Source: Phoronis australis
Lineage: Eukaryota; Animalia; Phoronida
NCBI GenBank assembly: GCA_002633005.1
Contig: NMRA01000108.1
Location: forward strand, 353,006 to 417,005
DNA length: 64,000 nucleotides
Direction: 5' to 3'
Under the pieces are notes generated by a model. That model was not told the DNA's origin and made no database searches. It saw nothing but the letters and a program-made list of their open reading frames with translations. Each line of letters starts with the position of its first letter. The stretch's first letter is position 1. Shown piece by piece: positions 11,898 through 23,700 of this stretch. The translations under genes were made by a program, and so were the position numbers.

Positions 11898-12272
11898 CAG
11901 GGTGTCCAAAAATGTACACTTCAGATTACAATAACTGGGTAGTTTATTACTTAAAACAATATTTCGGGCTTAAAGCGTTAATCAAAGAATTAATTTTTAA
12001 GCCAAAATAAATTCATTGTTTCTTGACTTTGGAAGAGGATTAATAGCACATTACACTTCCTTGACATTTTCAGGTTTCAAGTACCATTGTAAGATAAATT
12101 TTCGTTCTCTAAAACTGAGTCATCAGCTTGCCGTTCCTGTTTCTGTAGAGCACGTGCACAGCAAGGTGTATTCATACAGTAGACAGGGGCGCAGAGTTTG
12201 AGCCACTGGAACTGAATTTGAACTTTGGGCGCCAATTGCACTGAAATATGAACACATTTTTGGAACCCCCTG
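11898..12272. mobile_element. Tc1/mariner-like MITE
   Basis: Inverted termini CAGGGTGTCCAAAAATGT ... ACATTTTTGGAACCCCCTG. TA flanks the right end; the left flank is CA. Confidence 0.6.
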
Positions 12273-12794
12273 TATTTCTGTAATACCACCACCAGCTTGT
12301 AATTTGAAGATAATAGGGGTACTGACAGTGTGCATTAATCCACAGCTATAAAGGTTTCCACTACATAGTTGCAGTTCTAGCAACAGGTATTAAACAGAAG
12401 ACTGGTGTGGCACATTTACATGCAGTAAAACTTGCATGCACAAGTCTCATACAACTTAGCAGAGATATTTTATCCGAGTACGGTGAATCCTGACATGTAA
12501 AAACTAAAGTGCGTAAACTAGAACAACTGTACCCCTGAACGTTGGTGTTGAGTGAAAATCCGACCTATGCGTGTTTTGCTGTCGTTCAAGGGGACACAAA
12601 CTAAACTGGTGACAGTGCTTGACATTGGCCATACAAGCAGTAAAAAGCAGATGATAAAGACAGCATTCATTAGCAAAGAACGTAAACTTTACAAAATGCA
12701 GTGACAGCTACAAAGTACAAACCAAACTAATATCAAACTAAAATTTGATCTTTATTTTTGTTGGCAGAAACTTGACAAAATAAATTTCATTTGT

Positions 12795-13400
12795 TTGTCA
12801 CATACTAAATACGGGAATTACTATACTGTGATGTAAACTTTTTTACTGTAAACAATTTGTTCAAAATTTACTAGATTTTTAAATAGCAGGCAGTCTGGCA
12901 CACGTACCAGATGTGCGCAAGTGGCTCACGTGGGCCTCTCGCACTGGCTTCTGGAACCATTTTTATTTATGCTTTAACAGTTAAAACCGAGCTGGGGAGC
13001 TAGACATTTGTAAGAAACACAATATATGGTTTTCTCCACATATTTCGCACAAACACTATTGTCACGTACTAAATAGAAGAATAACTATTACTGTGATGCA
13101 AACTTTTTTGCTGTAAATAATTTGGTTGACAATGCTCAATATCTACCAGGCAGTCTGGCACACGTACCAGGCGTGCGCAAGCCCCTCATGTGGGCCCATT
13201 GCACTGGCCACCTGGAACCATTTTTATTTATGCTTTATAAATATAGATAAAACCAAGCTGGGGAGCTAGAGACATGACTAGAGAGTCTACCAGTGTGCCC
13301 CAGTGGACCCATGACCTAGAGAGTCTACCAGTGTGCCCCAGTGGACCCATGACCTCCAGTAAAAAAGCGGACAGCCATCCCACTAAGCCACAATACCAGA
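12795..13400 (-). mobile_element. Two copies of a tRNA-derived SINE (12887-13003 partial; 13147-13400) within a local ~265-bp duplication, with an internal 38-bp tandem duplication
   Basis: The body CAGGCAGTCTGGCACACGTACCAG...GCGCAAG...GTGGGCC...GCACTGG...TTATGCTTT...AAAACC.AGCTGGGGAGCTAGA matches the element at 24700-24930. CTAGAGAGTCTACCAGTGTGCCCCAGTGGACCCATGAC is repeated twice at ~13278-13353. Confidence 0.7.
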
Positions 13401-13654
13401 TGATGATGTGTAGAATTCATTGACAACCATTTATTACAATCTTGTTTTCTTCCACTAGAAAAACTCTACAAGCTTGTGTCAAGAGTTAAAATGGAACTTC
13501 TCGATTCAGTCATGAAGAATTCAAAGTGATGGTATTTACATAACTTATGGCAAACATGTTGATACAACATTTCATTGACATCTGAGTATCCCACCATCTT
13601 CAAATTAGAGTAATCGGCCATTACGTCATTCTACTATTTCCGTTGACACTCCTT

Positions 13655-16600
13655 TCATTTGATATTTCGCACAATCCTGCGGCAATGAGCCGATTTCATC
13701 TCGCGCAAAGCATCCTCCAATACTTGAGTTAGGTGCATCAGATTCACTGGATCAGTTTGTAGCACATTTGTCTCTTGTACACCAGAGTCTTCTGTGTGAA
13801 ATTTTAGAATGATCTTTGGCGTCATTTGGTGTCTCAATGAACGGCTGGCCAGCTGCAATGAGATAATTAAGTTCCAGATGAATGTGAAAATGCCTCTTAT
13901 CACATGGTTTATACAGTTAATAACTGTATTCTCGCCTATTAATAATAAGGAAGTGAAAAGTATCAAAGGATTTCGTATACAATTACTGCTGAAAACTGGA
14001 ACTCGGATAAAATCCTTCCGTCCTATTGGACGAGATTAATACAAGTTTTTCCGTTTTTTTCTTCTCCCCACGTAACGAGAACAATACCAATACCTGCTCA
14101 TACTGCCTGGTCCATCAGACAGTTTTGTACCCTCCACACATGAAATCAAGGCCACCTTCCAATCCAAATAACGATAACAGGGCAGCCAACCCACTAAGCA
14201 CATAATCTGTAACCTTCGTGTTAAATTCCGTAGTTTGCAAGTGAAAACTTGTACGATCCACTGCATTTCCAGAAAGTTTAAATATCAAACGCATGATGGA
14301 TTGATACACACTAAAACAACACTTTTCAATTTCAAACCGTGTTTAGCTAAAAGCTGAAATTATGTAAAAAATCAAGTTTGTCACATCGACGTTTTTTGAC
14401 TTTTGCTCTCAGCATGGTCGATTTCTTCCCACACTACTATGGCTCCACAAATATTGATATCTCATAAGCACCGGGGTTTTTAGTGTTAAAGCCAGCGTGA
14501 CAAAACCCAATGAATTCCTTTTCTTGCTTCCTAAATGCAATCTAATTCCTCGGTATACTCATCTCCTAAATTTCACTCAGGACATCTTAACATGATTTCC
14601 CACAATGCAAAACCAAAGTGCATATATCATTGGCCAGTCCTTCACAAAGTAACTGCAACTGACCAATCACGAAAAGGAAATTTTATATGCAAATTCAAGA
14701 TATACTAACACTCAAGATACGTGCTATCGATCGGATCATGTGTTCTCAACCATTTCCGTCACCATCACTTGATGGTATTTTCTGCTTCAATCTTTGCCAA
14801 CTGGTGCTTCGAAACACTGACAATTTCAAATATATTTTTAACTGTCGTCTGATTTTTATAAAGAATTAAATGCTCAAAATCCACAACATTTGAGAATCCA
14901 TACACACTAACTTCTTAGGCCCTAGAAGTATGTAAACTATGTATAAATTCAAAACAGTTGGTAGCCCTGTGATAAGCATTATGGTAATTCTACACTCACT
15001 TCTAAAAATAATCAAAACTGTCATTTTCCGTTTTCCAAAGGCTAATTAATTAGCTGCTAACAATGGAAACTTACCTAAATCTTGTGACATCTACATGGTA
15101 CAAACCCTGCTAGTAATAGGCTAAAATTTTCTTAATCTTGGTCTCTGTGAAGAAATTGGACAAAATAGAATTTTACTTGTCGGCCATATTGTGTCCTACA
15201 TAAGTGAAAAAATTACCGAGGTAAAGCATTCTGAGAACCAGTTTTCTTCATTGAATAACTGGCATCAAACTGGTTCTCAAAATCCAGGGACCCCTGTAAG
15301 TGACTACTGTCAAACAATCTTTATTTTTATTTACCTGAACATCAAACCTCCACTCAAGGTTGTGGTAGTGAGGCAAGTCCATGGACATCTGTGATAGTAT
15401 ACAGCGCACCTCCTGACGACTAGACATGTACAACTCCAGCAGTGACTCTTTCAACTCTTCAGAGAAGCCCAGGATCATAATGGAATCGAGGAAGTCTATT
15501 TCTGGCACCTGTGACACGCGTAGAGAGGTTGTACTGAGAAGTTTATTCTGAGTTTCATAATAATACGGAACTGAAGACTGTACGTAATACATCTTGTATT
15601 TTTAAAAAGAAATGAATACCAACAAGATCGACTATCCTCCTCTTTCAGACTGCATGGGTGTTCTTTTCTCATGAATAAAATTCTTTTTTACGAAATGGAA
15701 TTCTTCTAGTACTGAAATGTTTCCTCAAATTCGAAAAATAAATAATGGCAAAAATTGGCATTTTTTTCATTTTTCACACATTCATTGTATTGCCAAATAT
15801 TTCAAAATTTCGTTGTTTTTATAACACCTGTATTATACAAAGTTTTCAAATCATAAAAGTAAAACAGTCTTCTTGTTTACTTTTGTTAAAAATTTGATAA
15901 AATAAAATTCTCCAGTTCCACCCTATTGCGTTCTAATAATTTGAAGAACTTTTTAAACACCGACACTTCTCCTCTAATGCACACGATTCTGTTCCCGTAG
16001 CAACTGATTTGTACTGTCAGAGGAAATTGTTCATAAGAGTAGATTCACGGTGCCCAAAAATGACATACGCACTGTAACTAACGAAATAGGTAAACAAGAA
16101 AAGAAACCTATTAATAAGAACACTGTCCTTGCCATACACCCAGATGGAAGCAGCGATGAGCTTTTTTCATTTCATAAGTCTAATTACACAAGAATATATT
16201 TTTAAGGACAGATGAACCAGCTGAAACTGTCATGAGATGTCACTGGTATATGTGAACACTCAATCATGAGAGATGATAAAAGGAGGCACGGTGATCAATT
16301 TCATTTGCTGTTCTAGAGCAAACTCTCAGCATTTATCTCTGTTGACAGTTAAATCCATCCCATATTATATTCTTGCTTACGTCACTGTAAGACTTGCATA
16401 CTTTAGAAAATGTGCCAACAAGAGGAACTGCGTACAATCAGGAATGCGAGTTTGTTGCATTCCAGATAAACCTGGAACGCAGTGTATTCAAAACTGTATG
16501 CAATATATCTCGTCACATCTTAAACAAAGCAGTATGACATTTGTATTGTGTTAAACATCGATTTCTGAAATATAACTCAGGTTCACCAGGATGTCTCCAG

Positions 16601-19350
16601 GAAGCCAGCGCATATTAATTTAAAATTATTGAGGCAATGTAACACAGGCCACTTCAAAGCATGCCCATACATTGAATCCACGCTGTTTTCCAATGTATGT
16701 GTGTGTACAACTATAAATTCTTGAAGAACACATTGAGCAGACGATCATTTCTACAGTAAAGTGAATTTCAGGAGGACCATCAATGATCAGCCATTTGTAA
16801 GAAACACAATATATGGTTTTCTCCACATATTCTGCACAAACATAATTACCAAAATATTCATTATTACCGTTTTTCAAAGGCTGATTACCTTTTTACAAAT
16901 AATGACAGTTTCAACAAAATACGTTGTTTATGCTGAAATCTACACACTACAATCCACGATTGTAATGGACTAAAATATTCTTAGCCTTTACTTCAGTCAG
17001 AAATTGAACGAAACAGGATTTCACTAGTCGGCCATGTTGTGTCCTCAATAAGTGAAGAACTAGCATATACCATTAGAAGCACACCCGAAAAATAAAGAGG
17101 CAAAGTACAGTTTCCTAATCAGAATGGCCGTTTACAGCAAAACAACAGGGAATACCTAGGGATTGCAGAAATATCTTTACGCTCCATTCTGGCTAAATTT
17201 CTTATCATTCCCAGTAACGATGAACAGCTACTGCGGCGATGAATTACCCTTAGTGTCCCATTCCCACGACTACAGATTTGGGTCATTTTGTGTGATTATT
17301 GTTGGTGTGTAGTATATGCCTCTTGAGCAATCAACACTTCCGTAAAATTTATACTGTACCATTAGTTTTGAGCATTCTGTCAATAAGTACATCAATCCTT
17401 CAACGCCATGCTGTACAACGTCAGCGTCTACACCAAGCTTTTCTGAAATAGGGTCAGTTAAGAGACTATTTAAATACGTGTCACTTAAAATATCACCAGT
17501 AGTAAATGATCTTATTTAAATGAAGATTACCAATATTTCATTCACTTCTCAATCGAAATAACCTTTCAGAAACAGGTCTGTGATCTCTCAACCCTCAAAA
17601 ATAAAAAAAAATAAAATGAATTAGATACTTCACTTCTGTTTTTCACTATTCATGATTCATGCATTAATCAGAAAGTCGAATTATCAGACCGACAATACAT
17701 ATTGTCTCAATTCTTGTCCCTTTTCCTATATATTCATTTTCTACTATTCATGCGTGGAACACGATGCGAAAACAAAATCATGTGGAAGCCGGCTGCAGGC
17801 TTATACACACACATCCACCGTGTTCACTCACCCTGTATCGGGACACACAAAAATGTGACACAACAATGAGTCGTCTCTCGTGAACCCTCTGTTATATAAA
17901 CATAGCAATTCAGTATTGATAGCAAAAAACTAATGGCGTACATAAAACGAGTGAAATTCTGTAAACATCATGCAAAGTTTACTCTCACACAATGTTTATC
18001 AAAATCAAGACTATTACGCAATTAATGGTAGGTGAAAACTCACGAGCAGCACTCTGGTATACTTTTACATTTGCACCCTTCTTGATGAACTCCAGAGATA
18101 TTCTAGCAAATTCGCGAACAACTGCAAAAAACACAAGTCACGTGTTAAAGGGACAACAAACATTTTTTCGAGGAACGCAGTACAGGTAAAAAATGAACGT
18201 TGAATGATCATCTGATGTTCTGAGTTTACTCATGTGAACATAATAGCCGGTTGAGCAGTCCTGCTGCTTAGTCACCTACGTAATCCTTAATAATGACACG
18301 TCATTGTGTCATAAAACTATGCGCCTGTTGTGTGTTGCCTGCCCAGGTAGCTGGCAAATTCCAGGATGCTAGGATGTTGCTGATATCTGTAGCCAGGAAG
18401 CGCAATTGTTCCATGGAAAGAAAGAAGTGTTTATCATTTGAATTTTAAGTTCTGGGTATGAGGTGCAATCCGACAACATCTACAAATTGCTTGCCAAGCG
18501 GCAATTGGTGAATGGCTTGGATGCTTGACTCTCACATTGGAAACCCCAGTTCAAGTCCCAGTGACTGAATGTCTGCATTTACAGACCACATCCAAGGCCA
18601 CTTGTCTTGTACTAACGAGTGTTCAGTGAGACACTTCAGGAGCAGTAGACAGTGCCACTGCCTCAACTAACAGTAGAAATGGTGGCCATCCCATAGGCTC
18701 TACATACGCCGAAAGCTTTTTGGCGAATTGATGTCTCACACTCACTACACCATGTCTCCTGATGCAAGCATTGTAAAAATGGTTAGTTACGATTTGGGCA
18801 ACTGAATGAAGGACTGCTTGAAAAAAAGTTTAAATTACGGGAGCATTTGCTCAAGTTAGAAGGAATTAAAGGCATTGACAGCCTCCTAAGGTGTCCCTCT
18901 ATGTGCAACAGGTATTGAAAACAATGTGACTTTGATGGATCAGTGTGAGCCTTGGACACAGATTCACAACGCTGACATGCGACAACAGTGGACAACACCA
19001 CCAAACCACTGATCACAGCAGCCAGGACAGCCAATTATTTAACAGAATGTTGTTTGGAGACTCATTATCGCTGCCACTGGACAGGAGACCAGATGGGACG
19101 TGTCACCACAGGCAGCCTTGTCTTGTCTTGTCTCGTAAATCCCAGCGGTTATTTGACGCAGCACCGTCTTTGACTTGATCAGCTGCCTGTGCTGTGTCAA
19201 CTGGGACCAAGTTATCCGACTATTACCGTGTCAACTTTTTTGTTGTGCAATGAATCCGATGATAACGACGATAAAGTGCTTACCATCGACACTAACATCT
19301 GTCAAAAAAGACAGATGCTCCTTGTGCGTATCATCTAAAACGAGCAACAT
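13655..19350 (-). CDS. COMMD2: COMM domain-containing protein 2, complete, 199 aa
   Basis: Exons 19284-19350 (67 nt), 18044-18121 (78), 17360-17442 (83), 15335-15508 (174) and 13655-13852 (198) sum to 600 nt; all junctions are GT-AG and in phase. Protein MLLVLDDTHKEHLSFL...VVQHGVEGLMYLLTECSKLM...YHNLEWRFDVQLASRSLRHQ...LQTDPVNLMHL...MKSAHCRRIVRNIK. AATAAA on the minus strand at 13430-13435. Confidence 0.97.
15991..16004. promoter_or_regulatory. RFX X-box-like motif in COMMD2 intron 3
   Basis: GTTCCCGTAGCAAC has a perfect RGYAAC half-site and is about 3.4 kb from the COMMD2/CEP63 shared promoter. Confidence 0.3.
18493..18720 (+). mobile_element. Degenerate tRNA-derived SINE-like element (different family)
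   Basis: A-box-like TGGTGAATGG and B-box-like AGTTCAAGTCC (~18548-18558) at tRNA-like spacing, followed by a ~160-bp GC-richer body. Confidence 0.4.
18850..19135 (+). mobile_element. Decayed RTE-like LINE 3' fragment in COMMD2 intron 1
   Basis: Frameshifted remnants W.QIHNADMRQ and RMLFGDSLSLPLDRRP resemble the RTE C-terminal motifs W..I.N.EVR and RL.WFGH..R.P..R.P. A (CTTGT)n tail follows. Confidence 0.35.
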
Positions 19351-19650
19351 TTTGCAACTTAGGACCTGTCCATCGAAATTTACTTGTTTCTTTGACCCGC
19401 GGGGCGTTTGGTTGACCAGGAAGTGAATGGAATATCGGAGTACTAGGAGCATGCGCAGATCTCTTTGAGATTTCCGGACCACTTTACGGCATAGTAAACA
19501 TCCCGTCAACTTTCGAATGTGTTTGGATGTCAAAATCACTCGTTCCGTGTGTTGATGCTAAGCTATCCATGGGAAATCTATTGAAGAGTTTTCGGTAGTT
19601 CTCATTGAACTTCATCTGAACCCTGAATCTGGATCTTCATCAGGATTTCC
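19351..19650. promoter_or_regulatory. Probable bidirectional promoter COMMD2 / CEP63-DEUP1
   Basis: CpG-richer stretch just upstream of the COMMD2 ATG. The first CEP63 coding exon (acceptor at 20744) needs an upstream non-coding exon, which most plausibly starts here. Confidence 0.45.
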
Positions 19651-20753
19651 TTATTAGGTTGACAAATTTTAAGCCCTCACATTTGACCATCAATGTATCA
19701 TGCTTAAGTTTGAGCCCTCTTTTTCAGAGTTTGAGGCTTAACAAGTTGACTCTTGACTAGAGATGGACTGTAGCCAAATTTTTAATGGACTAACACAAAT
19801 CATTGCTATAACAAGCGATTATAGCTGCAGCACTGGTTGAATATGGTGTCTGATTTGGAGAATAAGCTTCATCCACTGAACAACTGACCCATTAATTATT
19901 CAGTGATTGTCGCGTTGTCAAAGTCAGGGACTGTTTATAACTGCCAACTTTTGAAAATGAAAAAGCGGGACATCTGCTTCTAGATGGCAGTACAAGCAGG
20001 CGTAAAAAATGTCCACAAACACCCAGAAATACTCATAGTAGCATTTTGTTAGAAGATGCGCTTATGGAATGGAATGAGGGAATAGGGGTAAATTATGTGA
20101 AAAATCACACCAGATACTTGTAAATTGCACCCAAAACTTTGCAAAGAAGCTAGTTACAAACTGGAGATTAACGATTAACTGAAAAACTGCAGGGCCCCTA
20201 TGGCCCTTTGGAAAGCAGTGTGAACTGATGGGGCTACACTCATTGTAAATATTACATTAATAAATAATAAGCTTCATAAACAACCCATTTCTCTTGATAT
20301 TCAATGATGTTTGACTTATGCCTAGCCTCCAGTATCGATGTTGTTTTTACACAATTACATGAAAGCACTCACTGGTGATTTTATTTGATAGCAAGTTAGT
20401 AAGCAGATCTATGAAGATGGCTTTTGTCTGCTTCATGTGTCTTAAACTGAGAATGAGGAACTGTCTGTCTTTAAAAAGAGTGCCTGCGACGTGAACCTTT
20501 GTGTGGTGCTTCAGCTATGTGCAGGCTGCAAGTCTTTTTCTATTGCCCATAGAAAGTAGGAGATTAAAATTCATGAAACATTGAAAGCGTTGCTTACCCT
20601 CAAGGTTTTTCATGATGCTTCCTCTCAAACTTATTCACTTTTCCTCTTTTTCCCGCCATGTTCCATAAATCGTGTAGTTTGGATCCAGTTGGTAATTCCT
20701 TTTATGATCTTTGATGGTGTAACACGATTTTTTTTTACCTGCAGGTGCCCAGA

Positions 20754-23700
20754 ATGACAACGTCACAAAGTGTCAGTAGAATGTGGTCTGGGCTGCAGAG
20801 CAAGCATAGGTAACAGAGCTTCACAGTCTACAGCTGGCTTCATCCTGAATGTAACCAGGGAGTCCCAATATACATCCTGAAGGCAATATCCTACTTGATA
20901 TTTTTTGATATATATGAGTGCCAAATGTAGGACAAAGTCATCACACCGTTACGTAGATTGGCTGATCTCAGGTTTATAGTCCTAACGGATGGCATCAGAT
21001 TTTTATTTCAACCTATTTTATGCCCTGGTTTTTTTCTATTAGAAAAGTAAAAATTGTCAATCCTACATCTTACTTCATATACCAGGGCTTGGAATTTTCC
21101 GCGGCAACGCGGATTTCCGCTTTTTTCAAATGTGCTTTCCGCTTTTTTATAATATTTCCGCGTAAAAAATCGGATTTGATATAAAATTTCCGCGGCAAAT
21201 TCCTTTCTTACCGCGGCGTTGCAGACGACATTCACCTCGCTTTATGTTCGGAGGAACGTAAATTGTCAACATTGCCGGGGCATCTGGGATAGCATGGTGT
21301 GATTTTCAATTGCGCCTCGTGTTATTGTTAAGCGCGGCGACAAATACTACCGCTCTGCAGCCAAAAATGTGTGGGTTGGGTGAGCTAAAAGGACGCAGAC
21401 GCATGCTACTGATGGTGGTAACGTTTTTTTTTTTTTTTATTATTATTTTTTTTTTAGTCCTCCCGATTTTTGTCGGGGAAAGGCGATGATTTGGGCCGTG
21501 TTTTCTGTCATTGGTTATTCCAAGCCCTGATATACGCCGGATAATAAAAATGACATAACACAGTTTCATGCTTAACATTGCTATTGCTGAGCAATGTTTT
21601 TCATGTCACTGAACAATCAAACTTATCAAACTGGTCATTTTTAAGCCTAGTTAATTTCGGGAAGAGTTCTTATTTGAGACAAAGGTATATGTCAAAGTAG
21701 ACATTTTCTGCTACATGGCTACTAATCCTCAAAAATTTTCATGAATGTTGTTTTGTGAAAGATATACCTTACAAAACATGCTAAAAATGAAGTATAATTT
21801 GCTTAGAAGGTTTGTTTTTCATGAAAATAAAATTTTATTTGTCCTCCATATTGTGTACAAAGTGAAAGAATTTTACTGCAACTCTGGTATCATTAAGATA
21901 GTTGATAGTGATTTAAGTGCTCTACTATACCATTACCCTCTATGGTATAAAGGTTTTAGTCACATGAATAACTAATTCCCAACTCTATTTCAGTCATGGT
22001 AAAGGTCGCAGTGCCTTAATGATCTCATGTGAAGCCGAGCTACAGGAGCTGATGAGGGAGCTGGACGCGATGGTACAAAAGAAAGAGTCCCAGTGGGAGG
22101 ATCGATATAACTTGCTACAGACTGACCTGGATATGAAGAGTAATGAGTTGCGCATTGCACAGGACACGTTGGAATTGAGAAATAAAGAGGTGGGTCCCTC
22201 TGTAGTGTGGAGGATTACCGTAAAATCGCGCCAGTTTCAGACAGACTGAATAATTGCCCAAATTGACCTATGGTTGTCAGTTGCTACATTGTTTGAATGT
22301 AACCATGGTATTGCATTTAAAGGTGGAAAAGTATTTATATGGTTGTTCCTATCTTAAGTGAAAAAAGTGAAAAAATAAGAGTTCAGTTGTCTGCCATTTT
22401 GTGACCAAAATTATTGAATTTTTCCTGTATCATATCTTTGTGCGTCCATATGCAGGCTCATGTCTCTTGTTCTTCTGCATCATTAATAAATTGTGAACTC
22501 TGGATTTTACATTATTTGCACTCAATGGCCAAAAAGTTAAGTGGCAAATTCTATTTCGAACATGAATTTGAACGTCGAAGTCATCAGTTGCAAATTTGGA
22601 AATGAGTTAAGAGAAATTATCAGTTCTCAGCTGGAGCTGAATCTTTTAAGCTAAAAGAGATTATATTTTAATTGAGTAGGAAACAACTGTCTCCTAATAT
22701 GACCTACAGTTTTCTGAGAACCATTTTATCGAAGGTAGCTAAAACAGCTGTATCTTGAATTTTTTGGTTCAAGCGATTCATTGATGTGGTCTACGAAAGT
22801 GAGCTTTCAACTTTGATGTGAACTGCAATCATGTTTATGTCAGTATCAAAGTTTCACAGTATCGCCCTTGCAAGATCATGCCTACAACCATCTTAGCTAT
22901 GACCGGACTTACGGACCGCAGAGTTGTGGGTTAGTGAGGATGCACTAGATTTCTTTTTTTATCAAGTAATAAAGGTCATGTGTTGTCTACCGTAGATATC
23001 ACAACTACGATATTCCATTCAGAATATTGACAAGGAAAACGCCAACAAACTGTCTAAATATGAAGGTGAAGTGACAGAACTGAGAAAACAGGTAAATTGT
23101 CTTGTTCTTTTTTTACATGTGTTCTTTTTTAAAGGAAATCTCTGTTGTGACCTAGTCAATATTGATAACAACAATGCCTCTTAAACAGTGATCTTCACTA
23201 CACTACAACGGTACTCACAAAAATAATAAGACAACATGACCTGTGATTCCCCATGTGACACCTAACCCCATGCAGAATTTCCTGTCGCGACAACTAAGTG
23301 CAAGCATGATTCTTACTACGACAAAATCTCAGACTGTATTTGGTAAAACTGAGGTTTTTGAATTTTCAAAGGCCTTTAACTTTATTGAGAATGCCACCAG
23401 CCGCCCAAAACATTGTCTAATGGTTGCTACAGTGGGAATCTTGAAAAGATAAAGCATTAATTACTCTGGTTCTATTTATGATTTTTAAAACAAAAGAGAA
23501 AATATAGTCATATTGTCATTTCTGTGCCATGTTGAGACCCAAAACAGAATTATTTTTTGGTGTGGGACTTTCATCTATTCTGCACACCTGTTCATGCTGT
23601 ATCTATTGCAACTGCTCGAGTAGTTTGCAAGGTTTCCATTAGATGGCGCATGACTAACAATCATAGTGACATCACATTCACTATAATACAGGTTTGTACT

